Below, one piece after another: positions 24,656-38,444 of a stretch of 64,000 nt of DNA. The stretch is from Octopus sinensis (taxonomy: Eukaryota). How positions within the stretch are numbered: position 1 is the first letter of the stretch; each line of letters opens with the position of its first letter. The stretch is from positions 162,316,001-162,380,000 of the forward strand of contig NC_042998.1 in assembly GCF_006345805.1 (NCBI RefSeq), read 5' to 3'. The notes beneath the pieces are model-generated. The model was not told the origin of the DNA, did not search any database, and saw only the letters and a list, made by a program, of their open reading frames with translations. Position numbers and translations under genes: made by a program.

Positions 24656-25769
24656 CTTGATGGTGGCATGATGTGTAGATGAATGGGTAAGTGGCAATAA
24701 CCAGAAAGGGAGAATGGAATTATGGTGCTTTTAGCTATTGTCGTTGCTCTTGTTGTTGCCAGTGATGGCAGTGGTGGCAGTGGTGGTGGTGGTGTCACAG
24801 GCAGTGGTGGTGATGGTGGTTGTGAGAGCTGTGGTTGTGTGATGGTTTTTAGTTAGTGATGATGAGGTGATGTTAATGGTGTTGGTGGTTGTAGTGATGT
24901 TTGCGATAGTAGTTGTAGTAGTGGTAGTGGTTGTGTCATGCTGGTAGTAGTGGTGGTCATCTAGGTGGTCATAAACGTGGCAGTGGTAGTGATGACTGTG
25001 TTTGTAGTGGCAATTGTGGTTGTGTGGATGGTTACAGATGAGATAGCTGTGGTGGTGGTGGTGGTGGTGGTGGTGGTGGTGGTGGTGGTGGTGGCGGTGG
25101 TGGCGTTAGTGGTTCAGGTTTGGAGAACCCCCCTGCTAGTTATCAACATTCCCTGTGTGACCCATATTCTCTATACACTTCCTTCACAAACACAGACACC
25201 AAAAAAAATCTATCTTTTATTCTTGGAAATGTGATGTTTTTCTTTTCTTTTTCTCTTTTTACTAGTTTCAAGGGAACCCCTTCCAAGCCACACCACAATA
25301 TACATACTTACCTCCCCTTCCTCAACATATACATGCATATATATATATACTTACACACATGCACACATACACACACAAACAGACACACATGCCAGCACAC
25401 ATCTGCCATCATCTCTATACAGCCCACTGTCAAAGCAAGGACACCTCCCATGACTTTACACCAAGCTTCCTCCAAGCATGACATACCATCATGTCATCCA
25501 ATACACCACTACTCCCCCTTTCCTTCGTTTTAGTTCCTCTTCCTCCTGCTCCCATCTTACTTCTTTGTGGTCTCTTTCCTCCACTCACCCTCACCACCTG
25601 TCACCTACAGGACCAGCTATTTTCTTTCCCAACTGTTGTTAGTTTGTATACAAGTGTTTGGGACATTGGAGGGTTCTGTGTTTGCTTTGTCATATTTTGT
25701 TGTTGCTTTTTTTCTTATGTTGCTTTTTTTCTTCAACTGTTTTGATCCACAACCTCCACCACTACCACC

Positions 25770-26182
25770 ACCATCGTCATTATTACCATCGGCATCATCA
25801 TCATCATCATAGTAGTAGCTATTACTGTTGTTGATGTCACCACTATCATTGATATAAGTGACACTACTGCCACTATCATTGTGACAAGCATTCATCAGGG
25901 TCACCAATGTCAAGATAGCATCATCATCACCACCATCATCATCATTATCATCATGTCTATCATTACCACCACCGCCTCCACTACCACCATTATCATCATC
26001 ATTATCATCATCATCTCTATCATTAGCATCTCTACCATCACCATCGCTACCACCACCATCATTCACATCAACATCATCATCCTCCTCATCATCATCCTCA
26101 CCACCACCACCAACACTGCCACCACTACCATCATCACCATCACCACTGCCACCTTCATCATCTACATCACTATCATCATCCC

Positions 26183-26213
<31 letters not shown>

Positions 26214-26702
26214 ATCATTATCATTACCACCTCCATCATCCACATCACCGCCGTCGTCATCGTCATTGACGTTCTTCTCCTCCTCATCATCAACATATCA
26301 TCACATCACCACCACCATCACCACTACCACATCGCCAACCACATCGTCATCATCATCATCATTGCCTTCACCATGGTAGTCATCATTAATACTGACACTA
26401 GCATCGCCATCCTTGTTAAGACCACCACCACCACCACCACCACCACTGCGACCTCTCCTTGTCATTGCTACCGTTACTGTCATCCGTATCATTTTTGTCC
26501 GATTCCACTCTCTGCTTCTTGTTTCACCCTGAAATTCATCCTTACAACCAACCACCAAGCTGTAATCCCCTCACCTACTTCCCCAAATTACTTCTAATTT
26601 ACCCTTAGAGAATTAGCTAGTTAGAAGGTTCTAAATACCATCTCTGTTTCTTCCATGCAAGTCCTTTTCCAAGCCCCTGCCCAGAAACAAAGAGATACAG
26701 AT

Positions 26703-26750
<48 letters not shown>

Positions 26751-28970
26751 AGAAAAAGGAAAGAGACAGACAGTCAGAGAGGGAGAGAGAGAGTGCGCAT
26801 ATGTGTATATGTGCATGTGTATGCTTTTGTTGAGAATTCCAATGGTAGCAGTAATGGTAGTGATCGTGGTGGTGGTAGTGAGGTGGTGACGCTGGTGGTA
26901 GTGTTGATGGTGTTGATGGTGGTGGTGGTGGTGGTAAAAGGAGATTTCACAACATTGAGAACACAAGCATTATGCGAATAATGATGATGATCACAATGAC
27001 AACGATGATGATGATGATGATGGCAATGAAGAAGATTATGCTTCAGATGATGACGAAAAGGATTATGATAAAGATGAAGATAATGATCATAATGAGTATG
27101 ATGACGGTCATTACGAAAATGATGATCTGGATAATGATGACAATGAAATAAGTGATTGCAACGTAGATGATGATCATGATGATGACGACAACGATGGTGA
27201 TGATGATAAGACGATGGCGTTGATGATGACGGTGATGATGATGATGACAATGACAATGCTGATGACGATGATGAGACAATGGCGATGATGATGACGGTGA
27301 TGATAATGATTGTGATGATGATGATGATGATAATAATGATGACGATGATGAGGACAATGATGATGATGACGATGATGAGACGATGGCGATGATGATGACG
27401 GTGATGATAATGATTGTGATGATGATGATGATGATGATGATGACGATGACAATGATGATGACGATGATGAGGACAATGATGATGATGACGATGATGAGAC
27501 GATGGCGATGATGATGATGATGGTGATGATGATGACAGTGATGATAGTTAATGTGGTGGTGTTGGTGGTGACAACAATGGAAATGACAAAGACAAAAATG
27601 AGGATGATGATGTTGATGATGATAAGGATGGCCACAGCGTTGAAGATAAGGTTGATGATTATGATCATAACAGTAAGATTGGTTGGTGGTGGTGGTGGTA
27701 GTGGTGCTGATAATGATGACAATAGTGACCACATGTGATAATAATGATGATGACAATAATGAATATGGTGATGATGATGATGATGAGGTTGATGATGGTG
27801 ATGAGGCTGATGATGATGATGATGATAATGATTCTATTGATGATGATGATGATGATGAGGCTGAGGATGGTGATGATGACGATGATGATGACAATGATGG
27901 TGATGATGACGCTGGTGGTAGTGGTTGTGGTGGTGAAGGTGGTGACAATGACAAAAATGATAATGACGATTGCCTATGATTATAATGGTGACAATAACAA
28001 CAATGATGACAATGAAGAAAATGATGGAGGTGGCGGCGGTGGTGATGGTGATGACTATGACAGCAGCTTTGCAGATGATGATGACATTGATGAGGATGAC
28101 AGCTTGACAAACAAATAAAAAGTAGCCACTCCACCATGTTTTCTTAAACCATCCTTTTACCAGCCACTCCCTCACTCACTCCTTTACTCTCTCTCTCTAT
28201 TCACTCATGCCCCAACTCCTTGCTCCTACTTTGGCTCCACATTAGTGGGGGTGGGGAGGAATACAGGCAGGTAGGTGACTGGGGTGGGGGATTGGAGAAG
28301 TGTAGGTGTGTGGGTTATTGGATAAACAGTGGTGATTAGAAGGAATGTATGTCTATGTGATGTGTGTGCATATGTGTGTTTGTGTGTGTGTGTGTGTGTT
28401 TCAAAGGTGGTTAGGAGGTTGATTGTTGGAGCTGCTTAACCAGTTTAAGAGAAGCAATGAGATAATCTGCTTGAATCCAACCCACCACCCACACACACAT
28501 ACCACTTACTATGCACACACACACACACACACTTATACTTACACAAAGATCTCTCTGCAACCACAGACCACATCCAATGTAAGAATCATCATTGACTATC
28601 ACCATTGCCACTGGGACAGCTGTCATCGTCATCATCATCGTCATCACCATTGTTCCCATCATCATCATCATCATCATCATTATCATCATTGTCATTAACC
28701 TCTCAACATCATCATCATTGTCATCATCATCATCATTATCATCATCATCTTCATCATCACCATCATCATTATTATTGTTATCATCATCATCATCGTCAAT
28801 CTCAACATTGTCATCAACCTCATCATCATTGTTGTCATCATCATCATCATCATCACTGTCATCATTGTTGTCATCATTATCATCATCATCCCTGTCAGCA
28901 TCACTAACCACCACCACCACCACCACCTGCCACATTCACAACAACAACAACAACAGGGAGTCACTCTGAC
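25770..28970. repeat. Alternating (CAT/CAC)n and (GAT/GGT)n low-complexity blocks
   Basis: CAT/CAC at ~25770-26460 and ~28590-28960; GAT/GGT at ~26860-28090, with 104-119-bp sub-repeats at 27270-27520. Confidence 0.9.
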
Positions 28971-29394
28971 CTGCAAGAAGTAACAGCTAAATCTCTTTCA
29001 AATAAAGGACACATCTGATAAAATAACAAAAACAAAAACAAAAAATTAAAAGCTATAAATGGTCATGGTTGGCTTACCTTTGATCACAGACTTGTTCAAC
29101 TCGACCAAGGTCAACCTGGGGCTAAGCAACAACAACAACAACAACCACCACCTCATTATCAATACTACCACCATCACTACACCCACCACCGTCACCGCCA
29201 CCACCATCAGTTACTGTTGCTGACACCACAATTCCCTGTTGCTGCTATATTGATCTTTTTCTTCCCTCTTTTACACTGTAAAGTCTCTCTCACTCTCTCT
29301 CTTACCTCTCTCTCTTTCTCTCTCACCTCTCTCTCACTTCTCTCTTTTCGTCTCACTAGCTAGTTTAATGACACACACACGCACTCTCTTTCTA

Positions 29395-29449
<55 letters not shown>

Positions 29450-29648
29450 TTCTCTCTCTCTTTCACTCTCTCACAGCTACTTTGTCAGTCATTACTCACT
29501 TATATAAGTACACACATGCACCCCACCACCCATACACCCTCATTGATTTTCTCTCTTCCCTTCTCTCACGCTCTCTCTCCCTTCACTTATATAACACTTC
29601 TCCCTAAGAAGTCTCAACCTCTCATTCTTTTCTACTTATCCTTCATCA

Positions 29649-29880
29649 TCATCCTCCCCCTCCTCCTCATCATCATCATCATTTAACGTCCATTTTCCAT
29701 GCTGGCATGGGTTGGATGGATCGACAGAAGCTGGACAGCTGAAGAGCAGCCCAGGTTCCGTGTCTGTTTTGACATGCTTTCTATGGCCAGATGTCCTTCC
29801 TAACTCCAGCCACTTTACAGAATGTAGTGGGTGCTTTGACACAGAACTGGCATGGGTGCTTTTAACATGGTTCCAGTACC
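29649..29880 (-). mobile_element. Family C repeat
   Basis: catcatcatcatttaacgtccattttccatgctggcatgggttggatgg. Confidence 0.85.
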
Positions 29881-29913
29881 TATATATATGTAGCTATAAA
29901 CACACACACACAA

Positions 29914-29953
<40 letters not shown>

Positions 29954-29961
29954 ATATATTA

Positions 29962-30003
<42 letters not shown>

Positions 30004-30039
30004 ATATATACATACATATTATATATAAACATACATAAT

Positions 30040-31790
30040 AAGCCCATTGTATATATATATATGTATGTATTTGTGGTCTGTGTTTTTCCTCCACCATTGC
30101 TTGACAACCGATGTTGGTGTATTTCCATCCTCATAACTTAGTTGTTTGGCAAAAGAGACCTATAGAATAAGTAACTAGACTTACAAAGAATAAGTCCTGA
30201 TTTGTTCGAGTAAGGTGGTGCTCCAGCATGGCTGCAGTTATGAATGTAACAAATAAAAGAGTAAAAGAATAAGAATATATATATAAGACATATATATAAG
30301 ACATATATTATATTTTTATTCCTTCTCCATTTCTTTCTCTCATTCCTTTCTATCAAAGAGCATAGTGCTTGAAACATCAAAGATTTTTCCTTTTCTCTGA
30401 GTTGTCAAACCAATATACCTTGTCTGATTGTTCCCTCACTTGTCTCTGTCTTCTTTTTTTTTTGTACATCTGAACTATATATATACGTTCTTTAATTCTT
30501 TTATTTGTTTCAGTCATTCGACTGTGGCCATGCTGTAGCACCACCTTAAAGGGTTTTAGTTGAACAAGTTGACCCCAGGACCTTTTTATTTTTAAGCCTA
30601 GTACTTATTCTGTCGGTCTTTCTTTTGCTGAACTGCTAAGTTACGGAGAAGTTAACACATCAACACCAGTTATCAAGTGGTGATAGAGGACAAACACAAG
30701 CCTAAAGACACACACAGACATATATAACAGGCTTCTTTCAGTTTCCATCTACAAAATCCACTCACAAGGCTTTGGTCAGCCTGAGGCTATTGTAGAAGAC
30801 ACTTGCGCATGATACCATGTAGTGGGACTGAACATGGAACCATGCAGTTGGGAAGCAAGCTTGTTACCACACAGCCACGTCTGCACCTATACATACATAC
30901 ATACATATATATAACATATAAAACCATATATAAGCCCATTGTATATATATATATGTATGTATTTGTGTGTCTGTGTTTTTCCCCCCACCATTGCTTGACA
31001 ACCGATGTTGGTGTATTTCCATCCTCATAACTTAGCGGTTTGGCAAAAGAGACCTATAGAATAAGTACTAGACTTACAAAGAATAAGTCCTGATTTGTTC
31101 GAGTAAAGGTGGTGCTCCAGCATGGCTGCAGTTAAATGAATGTAACAAATAAAAGAGTAAAAGAATAAGAATATATATATATAAGACATATATATAAGAC
31201 ATATATATATATTTTATTCCTTTCTCCATTTTCTTTCCTCATTCCTTTCTATCAAAGAGCATAGGCTTGAAACATCAAAGATTTTTTCTATTTTCTCTGA
31301 GTGTCAAACCAATATACCTTGTCTGATGTTCCCTCACTTGTCTCTGTCTTCTTTTTTTTTTGTACATCTGAACTATATATATACGTTCTTTAATTCTTTT
31401 ATTTGTTTCAGTCATTCGACTGTGGCCATGCTACAGCACCCCCTTAAAGGGTTTTAGTTGAACAAGTTGACCCCAGACCTTTTTATTTTAACCTAGTACT
31501 TATTCTGTCGGTCTTTCTTTTGCACTGCTAAGTTACGGAGAAGTTAACACATCAACACCATTATCAAGTGGTGATAGAGGACAAACACAAGCCTAAGACA
31601 CACACAGACATATATAACAGGCTTCTTTCAGTTTCCATCTACAAAATCCACTCACAAGGCTTTGGTCAGCCTGAGGCTATTGTAGAAGACACTTGCGCAT
31701 GATACCATGTAGTGGGACTGAACATGGAACCATGCAGTTGGGAAGCAGCTTGTTACCACACAGCCACGTCTGCACCTATACATACATACA
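30040..31790. repeat. ~890-bp tandem duplication (SINE A 3' half +, Penelope-like fragment, full SINE A -)
   Basis: agcccattgt at 30041 and 30933; copies differ mostly by 1-bp indels. Confidence 0.9.
30345..30383 (+). ncRNA. Decayed hammerhead-like motif (same family as 9973 and 56179); duplicated at 31244-31281
   Basis: CCUUU-CUAUCAA-A-GAGC-AUAG(U)-GCUU-GAAA-CAUC-AAAGA; differences from the 9973 copy are mostly transitions. Confidence 0.4.
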
Positions 31791-31791
31791 T

Positions 31792-31825
<34 letters not shown>

Positions 31826-31985
31826 TATATAATATATATATATATATATAATGTGTATGTATGTATGTATGTATGTATGTATGTATGTATGCATGTATGT
31901 ATGTATGCATGTATGTATGTATGTATGTTATATATATATGTATATATGTACGTATATATATGTATATATGTATGTATATAGTATG

Positions 31986-32034
<49 letters not shown>

Positions 32035-32574
32035 CTATTTCAGGATGGTCACTATTTTTTTTCCCAAATAAACACATGCACTAAATATATATTTTTTCTT
32101 TATTCGTTAATCACTGTTCTCTGGCTTGCCAGCTCTGGTCAAACTATCCAACCCTATGTCAGCATGGAAAATGGATGTTAAAGGATGATGATGATAATGA
32201 TGATACAGGCTTGATTAGCTCTGCTTGATGCACAGCAATTAACCCTTTAGCCTTCAGATTTCTGTTCAAATGCAATGCTTATTCATTCATATTGACTTGA
32301 ATTAGTCATGCTTTATCTCACAACTTAGAGATTTCAATGACAGAATTTTTATATTTTCTTTCATTTGTTTCAGTCAGTTGACTGTGGTCATTCTGGGGCT
32401 CCAGCCTGAAGAAATGACACCAATGACTTTTTTCTTTTTTTGAAGTCTGGTACTTATTGTATCGGTGTCTTTTGTCAAATTTCTGATTTACAGGGACATA
32501 AACAAACCAACACAGGTTGTCAAGCAGTGTTGGGAGACAAACACAGGTACAAAGACACACACACTTGAAAAGAC

Positions 32575-32820
32575 CTGTCAAGTCAAGTGAGATCGTAGTC
32601 ATGGCCAATGCTGGTGTTAAGTAATTGGCATCTATGCTGGTAGCACATAATTAAGGACTCCCTACACTCTTGGAGTGGTTGGTGTTAGGAAGGGCATCCA
32701 GCTGTAGAAACCATGCCAAATCAGATTGGAATTTGGTGCGGTTCTTCAGCTGATCAGTTTTCAGTCAAGCTGTCCAACTCATGCCAGCATGGAAAACAGA
32801 TATAAATGATGATGATGATT
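32575..32820 (+). mobile_element. Family C repeat
   Basis: ggagtggttggtgttaggaagggcatccagctgtagaaacc...gccagcatggaaaac. Confidence 0.8.
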
Positions 32821-32936
32821 ATACATATATATATATATAGAAAGAGAGAGAGAGAGAGAGAGCGATATTTACTTTGAAATGGATGCATGACATTCAGTCA
32901 AATAATAATATAAATAATATATATATGTGTATAAAC

Positions 32937-32978
<42 letters not shown>

Positions 32979-32984
32979 GGGCTC

Positions 32985-33545
32985 AGGACGTGACAAACTG
33001 TAAACAACATGAAATATTAAAACAAATGAAAAACAAGACAAGTAACATAAAGAACGACCCTTTATCAGTTGTCAGCTGTCTCTCTACTCCTCATTTCAAA
33101 CATTGAACGACAATATGGGTCTTCAAAGGTTGTTTCTCCCGCAAAAAAAAAACGAAATATAATTTGGGATTTGTGGAGGGTCAATGTTGGTAACAAAAGC
33201 AGGACAGTGGAGACATACATGGAAACTGAACAAAAACAAACATGGAAGGTTGTTAGAGCAGAAGAAGTTAAACTAGCAAACGCTGTAGAAATATTTTCTT
33301 CGACAAGAGAAAAGACAGAAGAGAGAGACAGATAGGATACGTGCAGTCTCTATGACAGCCCTGAAAGAAAAGAAAGATGATCACGTGAGGAAAAGAGAGA
33401 TGGACGATGGTCACGTGTGAGCAATGAGAGCGGGAGAGAGTAAAGGAGAAAGAGGAAGAGAGAGACAGATAGAAAACAGTGAAGGGGAGAAAAAGGACTT
33501 AGATGAAAGATGAGAGAGAAAACGATAGGGAGAGAGTATAGGTTT
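32985..33545. mobile_element. Unclassified interspersed element flanked by ~60-bp direct repeats
   Basis: Flanks at 32869-32930 and 33549-33610 are imperfect direct repeats; Penelope-like origin is a guess. Confidence 0.4.
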
Positions 33546-33732
33546 AAACTTACTTGGAAATGAATGCATGACGTTCAATCAAATAATAATATAAATAATA
33601 TATATATATATATGTGTGTGTGTGTATATATATGTATGTATGTACAAATATATATGTATGCATATTATATATTTATATATATATATGTATATATATATAA
33701 ATATGTATATATATATATATATCATTTATGTT

Positions 33733-33772
<40 letters not shown>

Positions 33773-33814
33773 CAGGTTTCTTTCAGTTTCTGTCTAACGT
33801 AGTGATGGGAGAAT

Positions 33815-34020
33815 CATTAGCATGCCAGGCAAAATGCATAGCAGCATTTTGTTTGTCTTCACATTCTGATCCAAGTCCCACTGAGGTTGACTTTGCTTAT
33901 TCATCTTTTTAGGGTTGATAAAATAAGTACCAATCAAATCCTGGGAAAAAATGTTATCATCTTCCTACCTGCCCTGACACTGGTGACCTTATACCAAAAT
34001 TTGAAACCATTATTTCTATC
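33815..34020 (+). mobile_element. SINE family B
   Basis: ctgaggttgactttgcttattcatctttttagggttgataaaataagtacc. Confidence 0.75.
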
Positions 34021-34043
34021 ATCATCATCATCATCATTATTAC

Positions 34044-34599
34044 TGAGTGAGAGAGCAGTGCATGCCATCAAAGTGACACTGGGGTAAAATATATGAAGCC
34101 CAGTATACCCATCATGACTACCCATATGATAAGTGTACACCTGGCACATGCATCACAAACATATGTGAGTTAATGGTGATCTTATATTAAGACAAACAGG
34201 GCATGACCTTCCAGGTGGGTCCCTGTTAGAATTTTCTTCTGGTTAAGAAGTCCATCCCACTCAAAAGGTCTCTGAATAAGAGTTGTTTAAGGATGTTGAA
34301 CAAAACACCCATGTTTCCAAAAGTGAGTTATCCAAACATCAAAGAATTCCTCTCAACACATGGATATGGTGCTCCCCCACTACTTCTGCTCATGATCAGA
34401 AATGTACATATTGTTAGCCACTAAGGAACATACTCAGCTGGTTATGGTCAAGCAACTGACAAGTAGATCTGTGGTATTGAGCAGAATATTTGCTGTAGCC
34501 CATCTTTTATACCAAGACAAAACAATGTACATGATAACACTTTCAATCAATTAAGATCAGAAGCAATGAGAGCTACTGCTTGATACTGCATCAGGGCAG
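34044..34599. mobile_element. ~550-bp non-coding element embedded in (TTA/TAA)n (family T), full copy
   Basis: Ends gagtgagagagcagtgcatgcc and gtactgcatcagggca, both abutting TTA repeats; a second full copy at 35591-36117. Confidence 0.75.
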
Positions 34600-34611
34600 T
34601 TATTGTTGTTG

Positions 34612-34680
<69 letters not shown>

Positions 34681-35149
34681 GTTGGAGATGACCATTAAAT
34701 GGACAACTAGATTTCATGCTCTGCTATCAATTTTGGTGTCAATCCCACAAGGTTTAGCCTTGTCTCTCATCCATCTTATATCAATTTACTGAAGTCAATT
34801 ATATTAACTGTGTCAGCTTTCCACCTCCCTTGCAAAAATAGGTAATGTGCCAAGCCAGTTATCATCGTTTTCCATGCTGGATGTAAACCACTGCCATCCC
34901 TACCATTTCATTTTATAATTTGTCCAATGTAATGTCACCTCATACATCCCTCTTGTGGCAATAAATAAAAAACAGGATCATTATCATCATCCATACCCTA
35001 TTATTATTATTTATATATTTATTCATTCATTTATTTATTTACTTATTATTATTATTATTATTATCATCATTATTATTATTATTATTATTATTGTTATTAT
35101 TATTATTGTTATTGTTATTATTATTGTTCTTATTCTTATTCTTATATAA

Positions 35150-35580
35150 GGCAGCAAGCTGGCTGAATCATTAGGCATGCTGGGAAAAATGCTTAGCAGT
35201 ATTTCACCTGTTACATTCTGAGTTCAAATTCTCACTGAGGTCAACTTTGCCTTTCATCCTTTCAGGGTTGATAAATTAAGTACCAGTTGAGTACTGGGGT
35301 TGATGTAATCGACTAGCTCCCTCCCTGCAAATTTTGGGTCTTGTTCCTATAGTAGAAAGGATTATTATTATTATAAGGTAACAAGCTGACAGAATTGTTA
35401 GCATGTCAGACAAAATGCTCAATCTCATTTATTCTTACTGTTTATGTTCTGAGTTCAAATTTCACTGAGCTCAGCCTTTCATATTTTTTTTTTGTGGGGT
35501 CAATGAGCACTGGGTCGATGTAATTGGCTTCTTTCCTAAAACTACTGGCCTAGTGCCAGTATTTGAAATCATTATCATTA
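35150..35580 (+). mobile_element. Two tandem family B SINEs
   Basis: Heads at ~35150 and ~35376, each followed by the core and a (TTA)n tail. Confidence 0.8.
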
Positions 35581-35590
35581 TTGTTATTAC

Positions 35591-36117
35591 TGAGTGAGAG
35601 AGCAGGGCATGCCATCAAAGTGATGCTGGGGTAAAAGATATGAAGCCCAGCATACCCATCATGACTACACATCTGATAAGGGTACACCAGGCAAGTGCAT
35701 CACAAACATATGTGCACAACATAGGGATCTCATATCAAGATAAACAGTGCAAAACAGCTAGAATTTTCTTCAAGTTGAGTGGCACATTTCACTCAAAAGG
35801 TCCCTGAATAAGGGTTGTTTAAGGATATTGAACGAAACACCCATGTTTCCTGATGTGAATTATTGAAACACCAAAGAATACCTCTTAATACATGGCTATG
35901 ATGCTCCCCCAATACTTCTTCTCATGATCAGAGATGCACATATCGTTAACCACCAAGGGACATGTTCAACTGGTTAAGTTCAAGCAACTGACAAGCAAAT
36001 CTTTGGTATTGAGCAGAATATTTGCTGTATCCCATCTTTTACTCTAAGACAAGACATGTACATGGTAACACTGCCAATCAAAGCCATGAGAGCCATTGCC
36101 TGGTACTGCATCAGGGC
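35591..36117. mobile_element. Family T element, full copy
   Basis: Collinear with 34044-34599; TTA repeats at both ends. Confidence 0.75.
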
Positions 36118-36151
36118 TTTTATTATTAGTAGTATTAATATTATTATTATT

Positions 36152-36372
36152 ATGGTAGTGAGCTGGCAGAATCGTTAGGACACGAGACAAAATGTATTGT
36201 GGTATTTTGTCCAATTTTGCATTCTGAGATCAAATGCTGTCAAGGTCGACTTCACCTTTTGTCCTTTTGCATTCAACAAAACAAGTACCATTTGAAAACT
36301 GGGTCGATGTTATTGATCTCCCTGTCCCCTCAAAATTGCTGGCCTTGTTCCAAAATATGAAGCAATTATTCA
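36152..36372 (+). mobile_element. SINE family B
   Basis: gtagtgagctggcagaatcgttagg head. Confidence 0.75.
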
Positions 36373-36611
36373 TCATTAGTTTCATATATGTTTCTACCGC
36401 CTGATTTTTTTGTATTTCTGTGTTCCAGAAATATATGTGACATGTTCTTTTGGAGATGTAGACATATATTTGCATGCTGCTTCAGTTTATTTTATTGTTT
36501 ATTGATGTGATTTTAGCATTTAGAAGAACAATTCTACCCCAGTAGTACTTATTTTAAGTCTGGTGTTTATTCTATTTATTCTATTTCATTTATTATTTTG
36601 TCCTTATTTAA

Positions 36612-36830
36612 CCCTTTTGTTACCAAATTTCTGATGAAACACACTACCTTTGTTTCAATTAATTTTTAAAATGATGAAGAATTTGGTAAAATAACTTTGT
36701 CATTATAAAGCTGGTCTTTGAGTCATAAGTTAGCATGAAATTTTGATGTACAGTTTTAGTTTAGTTCAATAAAAGACAAAGTTTGCATCACAGAACAAGA
36801 GTGGTCTTGGGCAGGCTGGCATCAAAAGGG
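36612..36830. mobile_element. piggyBac-like MITE, family 1
   Basis: TTAA|CCCTTTTG ... CAAAAGGG|CTAA; internal similarity to 12859-13080. Confidence 0.7.
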
Positions 36831-36854
36831 CTAAGTCTTATTCTTCAATGTAGT

Positions 36855-37180
36855 GAAGGAGTGTGGCTTGGTGTTTAAGGTTATTGGTTCACCATTGCGA
36901 GTTTGTGAGTTTGATTTCTAGTTGCATGCTGTGTTCTTGAGCAAGAATCTTTTTATTTCATACTGCTCTAGTCCACTCAGCTGGCAAAGATGAGTAGTAC
37001 CTGTATTTCAAAGGTCCAGTTTTGTCACATTCTGTGTCATGCTGAATCTCCCTGAGAACTACATAAAAGATTACATGTGTCTGTGGAGTGCTCAGTCACT
37101 TGCACTTTAATTTTATGAGCAGGCTGTTCCTTTGATCAGATCATCTGGAACCCTCATCGTCATAACTAATGGAGTGCCAG
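36855..37180 (+). mobile_element. tRNA-derived SINE family E (gtgttcttgagcaagacac core)
   Basis: Shares head and core with 54041-54380. Confidence 0.65.
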
Positions 37181-37320
37181 CAGAATGTAGTTAAATTTAG
37201 TTTGCATTTTATTTCCCTATGAACGGTTTATTGTAAGGTTTTCAGTTGGAAATTGCAAATAGTTTTAAGTCATCCATACAGAGAGGATGATTTGTAGTTT
37301 GATCACAGCTTCCATAGATT

Positions 37321-37722
37321 TACTCTTTTACTCTTTTACATGTTTCAGTCATTTGACTGCGGCCATGCTGGAGCACCGCCTTTAGTCGAGCAAATCGACC
37401 CCGGGACTTATTCTTTGTAAGCCCAGTACTTATTCCATCGGTCTCTTTTGCCGAACCGCTAAGTGACGGGGACGTAAACACACCAGCATCGGTTGTCAAG
37501 CAATACTAGGGGGACAAACACAGACAAACACACATACACACATATATATATACATATATATGACAGGCTTCTTTCAGTTTCCGTCTACCAAATCCACTCA
37601 CAAGGCATTGGTTGGCCCGGGGCTATAGCAGAAGACACTTGCCCAAGATGCCACACAGTGGGACTGAACCCGGAACCATGTGGTTGGTTAGCAAGCTACT
37701 TACCACACAGCCACTCCTGCGC
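37321..37722 (-). mobile_element. Full-length, apparently young SINE family A
   Basis: Many CpGs retained; A box TGGCTGTGTGG, B box GGTTCAGTCC, (GTAAAAGA)n tail. Confidence 0.95.
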
Positions 37723-38064
37723 TTATTTGCTGGTTTTCTTTAATAAACTTATAAATTTTGTCAGACTTATGCTGCAGTGTTGAGGGGATTCTTATGGAAT
37801 ACAAAGCACTCTAATTTTGGCCATCCTGTATTTTTAAGAGTATCTAAGCCAACATTTTTCATAAAACGTTTTCTTGTAACTTGAGCATTTTTTGTTGCTT
37901 TGTTTTGTTTTTCTTTATGATACCCTTAAGACCCCTTATACTGGATGTGACAATTTTGGATGTCCAGTAACGAAAACCACAAGCTACATTTTTCCTCTGG
38001 GCTTTATCTGATGATCACTGGAGTTCTCTCAACAAGTGTGTTATGAAACTGATTGGTAAAGTGG

Positions 38065-38290
38065 CTGATATGACAATAATCTTTTCTACTATAGACACAA
38101 ATCCTGAAATTTTGGGGAAGGGATCTAGTTGATTACATCAGCCACAGTACCCAACTGGTACTTATTTTATCGACCCTGAAAAGATGAAAGCAAAGTCAAC
38201 TTTGACAACATTTGAATTCAGAACATAGGCTGGAAGACATACTACTAAGAATTCTGTCTGATGTGCTATTGATTCTGCCGGCAAACTGCT
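38065..38290 (-). mobile_element. SINE family B
   Basis: ctggtacttattttatcgaccctgaaaagatgaaagcaaagtcaac, the reverse of the core. Confidence 0.8.
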
Positions 38291-38295
38291 GACAA

Positions 38296-38345
<50 letters not shown>

Positions 38346-38444
38346 TGATGATGATGATGATGATGTGCAATATTTATAGCACTTTATCATCCTCATCATT
38401 ATCATCAATATCATCATCATTATTTTATCATTATTATTGTTGTT

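Noticed and set aside
21690-28290. G-quadruplex-capable runs (21690-21740, 28245-28290; also ~20165)
   Set aside because: Long or irregular loops inside generic purine-rich low-complexity DNA; not distinctive.
33280-33312. Minus-strand UUGUCGA-AGAAA/UUUCU hairpin
   Set aside because: Too many core changes and no GAAAC; not counted as a hammerhead.
36624-36660. CTGATGA plus short stem inside a MITE
   Set aside because: No GAAA after the stem.
37660-37722. tRNA gene
   Set aside because: A and B boxes are present but there is no cloverleaf, and the sequence continues into the SINE body; the same applies to 54041-54110.
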